A DNA stretch of 57,767 nt. It comes from Candidatus Methylomirabilota bacterium (lineage in GTDB: Bacteria > Methylomirabilota > Methylomirabilia > Rokubacteriales > DASRDR01). The stretch covers positions 1 to 57,767 of the forward strand of contig DASYUM010000147.1 of NCBI GenBank assembly GCA_036001225.1. Reading direction: 5' to 3'. Numbering within the stretch: position 1 is the first letter of the stretch; each line of letters begins with the position of its first letter. The notes below the pieces were generated by a model. It was not told the origin of the DNA, did not search any database, and saw only the letters and a list, made by a program, of their open reading frames with translations. The translations under genes and the position numbers were made by a program. Positions 9,920 to 17,038 of this stretch are shown here, one piece after another.

Positions 9920-11272
9920 ATGCGAGCTCCGATCGGATTGCTCGGGCGGCGAACGCCCTGGCTGCTCCTCTTCGTCCTCTTCCTCGAGGCCTGCGGCGGG
10001 GGAAGCCGCACCACCGGGCCGAGCGGATCGACCGTTCTCCTTCCGGTGCGCGGCCTGAGGGTCGGCCAGCTGCCGGCCAACTGCAGCGGCGTCCTCACCG
10101 CCACCGGCCCCGGGCCGACCCAGACCCATCCCCTGCCGCCCCTTCAGGTGAGCCTGTCGCTGGCGGCCGGGGTGTGGACGCTGACCGCCAACATCACCTG
10201 CGACGGCCAGTCGGCATCGGGTCAGACCACGGTCACCGTCGTCCCCCCCAATCCCGTCTCCGTCGTCATCGACCTCGGGATCAACGGCACCCTCACCGTG
10301 TCCACGTCGGGGAGCGGCACCGTGAGCGGGCCCGGCATCGCCTGCGGCGGTGACTGCACCGAGACCTACACGATCGGCACGGTCGTCACGCTCACCGCCA
10401 CTCCCGCCCCCGGCTTCATCTTCGCCGGCTGGGGCGGTGCCTGTGGCGGCACCGGACCCTGCACCTTCACCGTCACCCCCGGCCCGATCTCCGTGACCGC
10501 CACCTTCGCCTCCGGCGGCCTCACGGTCGTCAAGGCCGGCACCGGCAGCGGCACCGTGACCGGGCCCGGCATCAGCTGCGGCGGCACCTGCAACGCGAGC
10601 TATCCCCCGGGCACCGTGGTCACCCTGACCGCGTCGCCCGCCCCCGGCTCCACCTTCGCCGGCTGGAGCGGCGGCGGCTGCAGCGGGACCGGGTCCTGCA
10701 CGGTGACCGTCAGTGGCCCAGTGGTCGTGACCGCCACCTTCAATGCGGGCGGCACGCTCACCGTGGCGAAGACCGGCACCGGCAGCGGAACGGTCAGCGG
10801 GCCCGGCATCAACTGCGGCGGCACCTGCAGCGCGAGCTATCCCCCGGGCACCGTGGTCACCCTGACCGCGTCGCCCGCCCCCGGCTCCACCTTCGCCGGC
10901 TGGACCGGTGGCGGCTGCAGCGGGACCGGGTCCTGCACGGTCACGGTCAGCGGCAACGTCTCGATTACCGCCACCTTCGTCGCCAGCGCGGTCCTGTCGG
11001 TGACGCTGAACTTCGAGTCCGGCGGGCTGAGCGGGTCGGTAACGAGCAGCCCACCGGGATTGTCCTGCAGCGGGTCGTCAGGCGAAGGGCCGTCGAGCAA
11101 GACCTGCACGGCGAACTTCGCGACCGGGACCGTGGTGACTCTGACCGCGTCGGCGAGCGGTTTCACCAGCTTCGACCACTGGAGCGGCAGCGGCTGCAGC
11201 GGGTCCGGCACCTGCACGGTGACCATGGACACCAGCAAGTCGGTCACCGCCCATTTCTGTAGCTGCGACTAG
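9920..11272 (+). CDS. Lipoprotein with four divergent InlB B-repeat-like Cys-containing domains
   Basis: Lipobox LFLEAC. There are four units of about 79 aa of the form GxGTVSGPGIxCGGxCxxxYxxGTVVTLTAxPAxGSxFAGWxGGGCSGTGSCTVTV. Confidence 0.75.
   Translation: MRAPIGLLGRRTPWLLLFVLFLEACGGGSRTTGPSGSTVLLPVRGLRVGQLPANCSGVLTATGPGPTQTHPLPPLQVSLSLAAGVWTLTANITCDGQSASGQTTVTVVPPNPVSVVIDLGINGTLTVSTSGSGTVSGPGIACGGDCTETYTIGTVVTLTATPAPGFIFAGWGGACGGTGPCTFTVTPGPISVTATFASGGLTVVKAGTGSGTVTGPGISCGGTCNASYPPGTVVTLTASPAPGSTFAGWSGGGCSGTGSCTVTVSGPVVVTATFNAGGTLTVAKTGTGSGTVSGPGINCGGTCSASYPPGTVVTLTASPAPGSTFAGWTGGGCSGTGSCTVTVSGNVSITATFVASAVLSVTLNFESGGLSGSVTSSPPGLSCSGSSGEGPSSKTCTANFATGTVVTLTASASGFTSFDHWSGSGCSGSGTCTVTMDTSKSVTAHFCSCD
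10516..10989 (+). repeat. Tandem 237-bp coding repeat (2 near-identical units) inside the repeat lipoprotein gene
   Basis: Example: 10595-10725 versus 10832-10962 differ at only a few third-codon or neighbouring positions. The period is 237 nt, or 79 codons. Confidence 0.85.
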
Positions 11273-11277
11273 CTCCC

Positions 11278-11298
11278 GTGGCCGGCGGTGCCGGCCAC
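11278..11298. terminator. GC hairpin between convergent genes (possible bidirectional terminator)
   Basis: GTGGCCGGC-GGT-GCCGGCCAC, a perfect 9-bp stem, lies between stop 11272 (+) and stop 11309 (-). There is no clear U-tract. Confidence 0.35.
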
Positions 11299-11308
11299 CG
11301 AGGCCGGC

Positions 11309-12223
11309 TCAGGCCCCGCGCAGGCGGGGGTCGAGCGCGTCGCGGAGGCCGTCACCGAGGAGGATGAAGCCGAGGACGGCGACCATGATGGCGAGGCCGG
11401 GGATGGTCGCGATGTGGGGCGCGATCAGGAGGAAGTCGCGGCCGGTGGAGACCATGAGGCCCCAGGACGGGGTGGGCGGCTGGACGCCGAGCCCGAGGAA
11501 GGAGAGGGCGGCCTCGACCAGGATCGCGTTGGCCATGAACAGCGTGGCGTAGACGATGACCGTCGGCAGGATGTTGGGCAGGATGTGGCGGCCCACCAGC
11601 GCCAGGCTCGATGCCCCCAGCGCGCGCGCCGCCCGCACGTACTCGGTCTCCTTGAGCGCGAGCACGGCGCCGCGGACGATCCGGGTCACCGGCGGCGTGC
11701 CCCAGATGCCGACCGCGATCGTCGTGTTGGGCGCCCCCGGTCCGAGCGCGGACACGACGGCGATGGCGAGGAGGAGATAGGGGAAGGCCAGCAGCACCTC
11801 GATCGCCCGCATGATGGCGGCATCCACCCAGCCGCCGGCGTAGCCGGCCAGGCTTCCCAGGACGACGCCCAGCCCGACCGCGATCGCCACCGACAGCGTT
11901 CCCACCAGCAGGGCCACCCGGGTCCCGTAGATCACGCGAGAGAGGATGTCCCGTCCGAATTCGTCGGCTCCCAGCAGATACTTTCCCCCCGGCCGGGCCC
12001 GTTTCTCGACCAGGCTCTGCTTGCCGGGGTCGTAGGGGGAGAGCCAGGGGGCGAACAGCGCGGTCGCGACGAGCGCGCCGACCACCAGGAGGCCGACCAC
12101 CGCCAGCCGGTTCCGGCGAAACCGGCGCCAGGCGTCGCCGACCAGGGTCTCGGCGCGGCCCGCCACCCGCTCCCCGGCGGGAGGAGAGGGCAGGGTGAGG
12201 GGGAGCGACCCGGCGGTGCTCAT
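11309..12223 (-). CDS. ABC transporter permease (DppC/OppC type)
   Basis: 304 aa from ATG 12223 (GGAGG 5 nt upstream). It has the LGADEFGRDILSRVIYG motif and six predicted TM segments. The track N-terminal extension runs through the family-B repeat and is rejected. Confidence 0.85.
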   Translation of the reverse strand: MSTAGSLPLTLPSPPAGERVAGRAETLVGDAWRRFRRNRLAVVGLLVVGALVATALFAPWLSPYDPGKQSLVEKRARPGGKYLLGADEFGRDILSRVIYGTRVALLVGTLSVAIAVGLGVVLGSLAGYAGGWVDAAIMRAIEVLLAFPYLLLAIAVVSALGPGAPNTTIAVGIWGTPPVTRIVRGAVLALKETEYVRAARALGASSLALVGRHILPNILPTVIVYATLFMANAILVEAALSFLGLGVQPPTPSWGLMVSTGRDFLLIAPHIATIPGLAIMVAVLGFILLGDGLRDALDPRLRGA

Positions 12224-12233
12224 CCGAGCCTCC

Positions 12234-12384
12234 AGTGGCGACCGTCGACGCGCGCTCGGCCAGCGCCGGGCCGAGAACCGAGCAGCCCTAGGACGCAGGC
12301 CCGAAGCGCGGCGAGGTGTATGCCGCATACATTGAGCCGCGCTGAGGACCGAGGACGACGGGATGCGACGGTTATCGGCCCGGC
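12234..12384. repeat. Family-B structured intergenic element, copy 1
   Basis: Aligns with 14069-14240. Shared blocks are CGCCGGGCCGAGAA.CGAGCAGCCCTAGGACGCAGG and GACCGAGGACGACGGGATGCGACG.TTATCGG.CCGGCG. Central hairpin at 12306-12342. It is flanked by imperfect 19-nt direct repeats (12215-12233 and 12382-12400). Confidence 0.75.
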
Positions 12385-12386
12385 GC

Positions 12387-13136
12387 TCATCCGAGCATCC
12401 AATGACCGCCGTCCACCGAAATCGTCTGCCCGGTGACGAAGGCGGCGTCCTCGGAGGCGAAGAACACCACGACCCGCGCGATCTCCGCCGGCTGGCCGAG
12501 CCGTCGCAGCGCGATCGACTCGAGCAGCCGCCGCTGACCCTCTTCCCCCATCGCTTCCCACTGGCGCTCCGAGGCGGGGTTGGAGCGGATGAAGCCGGGA
12601 GCGACGCAGTTCACCCGGATCCCGTAGGCACCCAGCTCGCGGGCGCTCTGGCGGGTGAAGCCGATGAGACCGGCCTTGGCGCTGGCGTAGGCCTGGATCC
12701 CGGTGAGGCTGTAGGAGCGTCCGGCTCCCGAAGAGATGTTCACGATGCTCCCGCGCCCGCGGGCCTTCATCGCGGGAGCGACCGCGCGGGTGAAGTGGAA
12801 GGCCCCGTCCAGGTTGATGGCGAGGATCCGGCGCCAGTCGGCGTCCGCGACCTCGTCGATCGGCCGCATCGTCTGGCCGGCCACGCCGCCGGCGCAGTTC
12901 ACCAGGATGTCCACGTCGCCGACGTCTCGCACGAACGCGCCGACCTGGCCCGGCTCGGTCACGTCCACCACGCGGCTTCGATATCCGGCGGTGCGCGCCG
13001 ACGCCTCCAGGTCCTCGCCCAGGACGTCGCACGCCCACACCGCGGCGCCTTCCCGGACCAACTCCCCGCAGATGGCACGACCGATACCGTGAGCCGCGCC
13101 CGTCACGATCGCCACGGCCCCGTCGAGGCGGGTCAT
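12387..13136 (-). CDS. SDR-family oxidoreductase (FabG-like)
   Basis: 249 aa with TGAAHGIG, NCAG and YASAKAG motifs. Confidence 0.85.
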   Translation of the reverse strand: MTRLDGAVAIVTGAAHGIGRAICGELVREGAAVWACDVLGEDLEASARTAGYRSRVVDVTEPGQVGAFVRDVGDVDILVNCAGGVAGQTMRPIDEVADADWRRILAINLDGAFHFTRAVAPAMKARGRGSIVNISSGAGRSYSLTGIQAYASAKAGLIGFTRQSARELGAYGIRVNCVAPGFIRSNPASERQWEAMGEEGQRRLLESIALRRLGQPAEIARVVVFFASEDAAFVTGQTISVDGGHWMLG

Positions 13137-13142
13137 CAGGGG

Positions 13143-14066
13143 CTAGCCTTGCCGTGAGATCCGCGGATCCAGCGCGCCATACGACAGATCCACGATCAGG
13201 TTCACGACCACGAAGGCCAGAGCGAAGAAGAGCACGGCGCCCTGGAGGAGCACGTAATCGCGGGCGAAGATCGCTTTCACCATGAGGCGGCCGAGGCCGG
13301 GCCAGGCGAAGACGGTCTCGGTCAGCACCGCCCCGCCCAGGAGCTGGCCGGCCTGGAGGCCGACCAGCGTGAGGATGGGGATGGTCGCGTTGCGAAGAGC
13401 ATGCTTCACGACGACCCACGTCTCGCCCACTCCCTTGGCCCGCGCGGTGCGCACGTAGTCCTCGTGGAGGACCTCCAGCACGCTCGAGCGCGTCATGCGG
13501 GAGATCATCGCGATCGAGGGGAGCGCGAGCGTGACCGCCGGCAGGACCAGGTGCGCCAGCGAGCCGGTCCCACCCACCGGCAACCACGGGAGCCACAGCG
13601 CGAAGACGACGATCAGGACGAGGCCGGTCCAGAAGACCGGCATCGAGAGCCCGAACAGCGAGCCGAGGCGGGCGAGGGCATCGAAGACGGAGTTCGGCCA
13701 TACCGCGGAGACGATTCCGGCTCCGATCCCGACGACGGCGGCCACGAGCAGGGCCGCCACCGCCAGCTCGATGGTGGCCGGCCAGGCGTCGGCCAGCTCG
13801 TCGACCACCGGCCGGTTCTGCTGGATCGAGCGCCCGAGGTCGCCCCGAACGAGCTGGCCGAGGTAGTGGACGTAGCGTAAGACCAGGGGCTTGTCGAGGC
13901 CCAGGTGATCGCGGAACCGGGCGATCGTCTCCTTCGTCGCGGCGTCGCCGAGCATGAGCGCGACGGGATCGCCGGGGATGAGGTCGAGCGTCAGCATGAC
14001 GACGAACAGCACCCCGAGGAGGACCGGAATCGTGAGCAGCAGCCGGCGGAGGGCGAAGGTCAGCAC
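13143..14066 (-). CDS. ABC transporter permease (DppB/OppB type)
   Basis: 307 aa with the MLTFALRRLLLTIPVLLGV N-terminus typical of the family and six TM segments. The GTG start at 14066 has no SD of its own (see findings). Confidence 0.85.
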   Translation of the reverse strand: MLTFALRRLLLTIPVLLGVLFVVMLTLDLIPGDPVALMLGDAATKETIARFRDHLGLDKPLVLRYVHYLGQLVRGDLGRSIQQNRPVVDELADAWPATIELAVAALLVAAVVGIGAGIVSAVWPNSVFDALARLGSLFGLSMPVFWTGLVLIVVFALWLPWLPVGGTGSLAHLVLPAVTLALPSIAMISRMTRSSVLEVLHEDYVRTARAKGVGETWVVVKHALRNATIPILTLVGLQAGQLLGGAVLTETVFAWPGLGRLMVKAIFARDYVLLQGAVLFFALAFVVVNLIVDLSYGALDPRISRQG

Positions 14067-14068
14067 GG

Positions 14069-14240
14069 TGTGGCTACGTGACCAGCGCTCACCAGGCGTC
14101 GCCGGCGAGCAATTTGGTTCAGAGACCGCCGGGCCGAGAAGCGAGCAGCCCTAGGACGCAGGGAGGAGGCGGGCCGAGGCGTATGCCGCATACGTTGAGG
14201 CCCGCCGACGACCGAGGACGACGGGATGCGACGCTTATCG
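14069..14240. repeat. Family-B structured intergenic element, copy 2
   Basis: Aligns with 12234-12384. Central hairpin at 14168-14206. It is flanked by a perfect 27-nt direct repeat, GCCGGCGGAGGGCGAAGGTCAGCACGG, at 14042-14068 and 14241-14267. Confidence 0.8.
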
Positions 14241-14286
14241 GGCCGGCGGAGGGCGAAGGTCAGCACGGGAAGACCCCCTCACCCTG

Positions 14287-14313
14287 CCCCCTCCCCCGAG
14301 GCGGGGGAGGGGG
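14287..14313. other. Intercistronic GC hairpin downstream of the binding-protein gene
   Basis: CCCCCTCCCCCG-AGG-CGGGGGAGGGGG, a perfect 12-bp stem, lies 21 nt after stop 14334. There is no U-tract, so it is more likely an mRNA stabiliser or attenuator than a full terminator. Confidence 0.5.
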
Positions 14314-14333
14314 AACTGGAATGAGAGGCCGGA

Positions 14334-15917
14334 CTACTTGTCGAGCCAGGTCTTCCCGAGGCCGAGGTTGTACTCGATCGGGTGGATCGTGAACCCCTTC
14401 ACGCTGGCCTTGGTGAGCACGATCTCCTTGGTGTTGTAGATCGGGATCCAGACCGGCTCCTTGGCCAGGATGTCCTGGACTTCACCGTAGAGCTTCTCGC
14501 GCTCGCCCTGGTTGAGGCTCCGCCGGGCCTGCTCGAGGAGCGCGTCCACGCGCGGATTGGCGTAGTGCGCACGGTTCCAACCGGTGGGCCTCACCTGCTG
14601 GGAGTGGAACAGGGAGAACAGCGAGTAGTCGGCATCCGCGTTGGTGGTCACCCACCCGAACGTCCAGTTGTGCCGGGGGAACTCGACCTGGAGCGACTCG
14701 TTGAAGACGGTCGCCCACTCGCGGAACTCGACCTTGGCCTCGATGCCGACCTCTTTCCACATGGCCTGGACGGCTTCGGTGATCTCGCCGTCTTTCGGAT
14801 AGCGGCCGCGCTGGGCGAGCCAGTTGAGGGTGAGGCGCTGCCCACCCTTCTGCAGAATGCCGTCCGGCCCGGGCGTCCAGCCGGCCTGCCCCAACAGCGC
14901 CTTGGCGCGCGCGCGATCGAAGGGGTAGAGCTGGTCGAACTGCATGTCCTTGAAGCCGAACACCCCGGGCGCGAGCACCGAGCGCGGCGCGACCCCCAGA
15001 CCCTCCACGATGTTGTCGAGGATCGCCTTGCGGTCCACCGCCTGGATCAGCGCCTGACGGACCCGGACGTCGTCGAGGGGAGGCATCCTGGTGTTCATCC
15101 CGACGTAGACGATCCGCAGGCCCGGCGCCTCGTGCACCGCGTACCGGGAGTCCCGGCGGAACGCCGGCAGCTGGGCCGGCGACGGGAACATCACCATGTC
15201 GGCGTCGCCGGTCTGCAGCGCGATCATCCGTGCCCCCTCTTCCGGCACCACCTTGAACACCACGCGGTCGACCAGCGCCTTGTCGCCCCAGTAGTCGGGG
15301 TTCCGCTCGATCACGATCTGGGTATTGGTCCTCCACTCCACGAACTTGAAGGGACCGGTCCCCACCGGGGCGCGCAGGAAGCCGTCACCCAGCTTCTGGA
15401 CCGCTGCCGGCGAGACGATGGACGGGTAGAGCATGGCCAGCGAGCGAAGGATCGGTCCGTACGGCTCCTTGGTGAGGATGTCGACGGTGAGGTCGTCAAC
15501 GACCTCGGCCCCGGCGATGGGGCCGGCGAGACTCGCCCAGCGGGCGGGCGGAGTGCTCTTGAAGGCGCGGTCGAACGTGAACTTGACGGCGGCGCTGTTG
15601 AACGGACTGCCGTCGTGGAACTTGACGCCCGAGCGCAGCTTGAAGCGGACCTTGGTCGGCGAGACGACCTCGTAGGCGGTGGCCAGCTTGGGCTGGATAT
15701 GCATCTTCTCGTCGAGGTAGATGAGCGGCTCCAGGATGTTGTAGTAGACCCAGGCTCCGGGCGCGGTGGTCTCGGTGTGCGGGTCCAGCGACACCGGGTC
15801 GGTGGGTCGGACGATGGTGAGGGTGCCGCCCCGCTTCTGGGCGAGGGCGGGCGTGACGAGGAGCGGAACGACCAGCGCGGCGACCACGCCGGCCTTGAGC
15901 CTCCACGAACTGCTCAT
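14334..15917 (-). CDS. ABC transporter substrate-binding protein, family 5 (DppA/OppA-like)
   Basis: 527 aa with a signal peptide ending ALAQ and typical family-5 length and motifs (RPTDPVSLDPH, NPDYWG). Confidence 0.85.
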   Translation of the reverse strand: MSSSWRLKAGVVAALVVPLLVTPALAQKRGGTLTIVRPTDPVSLDPHTETTAPGAWVYYNILEPLIYLDEKMHIQPKLATAYEVVSPTKVRFKLRSGVKFHDGSPFNSAAVKFTFDRAFKSTPPARWASLAGPIAGAEVVDDLTVDILTKEPYGPILRSLAMLYPSIVSPAAVQKLGDGFLRAPVGTGPFKFVEWRTNTQIVIERNPDYWGDKALVDRVVFKVVPEEGARMIALQTGDADMVMFPSPAQLPAFRRDSRYAVHEAPGLRIVYVGMNTRMPPLDDVRVRQALIQAVDRKAILDNIVEGLGVAPRSVLAPGVFGFKDMQFDQLYPFDRARAKALLGQAGWTPGPDGILQKGGQRLTLNWLAQRGRYPKDGEITEAVQAMWKEVGIEAKVEFREWATVFNESLQVEFPRHNWTFGWVTTNADADYSLFSLFHSQQVRPTGWNRAHYANPRVDALLEQARRSLNQGEREKLYGEVQDILAKEPVWIPIYNTKEIVLTKASVKGFTIHPIEYNLGLGKTWLDK

Positions 15918-15939
15918 GGGCGAGTCTCCTTTCGGCTGA

Positions 15940-16961
15940 TCAGCTCGTCGATGACGCCACCAGCTCGTCCAGGTTCGCCCACGCCATCCGGCGGCGCCCC
16001 TCCTCCAGGTCGGCGATCAGCGTGTCGAGGCGCCGGGTCAGCGGGAGCGCGAGACCGAGCGGTCCCGCCTTGGCGAGGGTGGCGCCGAGGTGCGCGTGGA
16101 CCTCGGTCTTGCGCTTCCGCACCGCCAGGTCCCGCCAGATGCCGGTCTTGGTCTTGGTGTGGGCGCGGTAGTGACGGGCGATCGCCGCCATGCCGCGGGC
16201 CACCGCGGTGGCGTCGCCGGCGGCGCCGGCGCGGTAGTCAGCGGGGTCGAACTCGTCGAACGGCTCCAGCTGGACGCCGAGCGCCTCCGCGACCGCATCC
16301 CCTCGGCCACCAGGGCGACCAGCATCCGCTGGACCGCCGGCGAGCGCTCCACGACCTCGTAGACGTGGGCGTCCACCAGGGCGGTGGCGACCAGGAGCGC
16401 GCCGTAGACGTGCTTCGCCCACTTGTAGCCCCAGATGTTCTCGGTGACCCGGGTGTCCGTCACGGCGTCCAGCAGGGCGGCCAGCTCCTTGGCGCGGGCG
16501 CTCGGCGTCCCGTCCAGCTCGCCCACCACGAAGGCGCCGCGGCCGCCGTGCTGGATCCGGCCGGGAGCGACCCAGTCGGCCGCCCAGTTGACCAGGCACC
16601 CGACCGTGCGCGCGGCGCCGACCCGGGCGGCGATCAGCTCCTCGTTGAGCCCGTTCTGGAGGGAGACGATGGTCGCCGGCGGCGCCAGCCGTGGCGCCAG
16701 CGTGTCGAGGGCCTCGCCGGTGTGCTGGGACTTGACGGCGAGCAACACGAGGTCGAGGCCGCCCGACAGGGCGGCCGGCGTGACGGCGCGGACGCGCGCG
16801 GTCCATCCGCCGCCGGGGGCGTCCACCGCGAGACCGTGGGCGTTCATGGCAGCCACGTGGTCGGCGGCGGCATCCACCAGCAGCACGTCGTGCCCGGCCC
16901 GGGCCAGCGCGGCGCCGGTCACGCCGCCGATCGCGCCGGCGCCGTAGATGGTGATGGACAT
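15940..16961 (-). pseudogene. panE: 2-dehydropantoate 2-reductase (ketopantoate reductase), frameshifted
   Basis: The N-terminal Rossmann part (MSITIYGAGAIGG...) is in the frame of ORF 16038-16961. The ApbA C-terminal domain (AVAEALGVQLEPFDEF...TKTGIWRDL...) continues in the frame of ORF 15940-17028. The switch occurs at a C4 run at 16299-16302. Confidence 0.75.
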
Positions 16962-17038
16962 GCGGGCAGATCATGGGCCGGATCGACCAGGCTGTCAACG
17001 ACGGCCGCGGAACGCGGCCGTGCGCCACCCGGGTCAGA

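Noticed and set aside
10290-11272. Possible CRISPR array or other non-coding tandem repeat
   Set aside because: The 237-bp periodicity lies in frame within a lipoprotein gene and encodes repeated Cys-containing domains. There is no short repeat/spacer structure and no cas genes anywhere in the window.
14060-14266. 68-aa ORF MLTFALRRPDKRR... as an independent protein-coding gene
   Set aside because: Its first 8 codons are the duplicated permease start and the rest reads through a repeat element. The equivalent read-through ORF in the other copy uses a different frame, so no peptide is conserved. I treat it as a possible coupling uORF (see findings), not as a gene.
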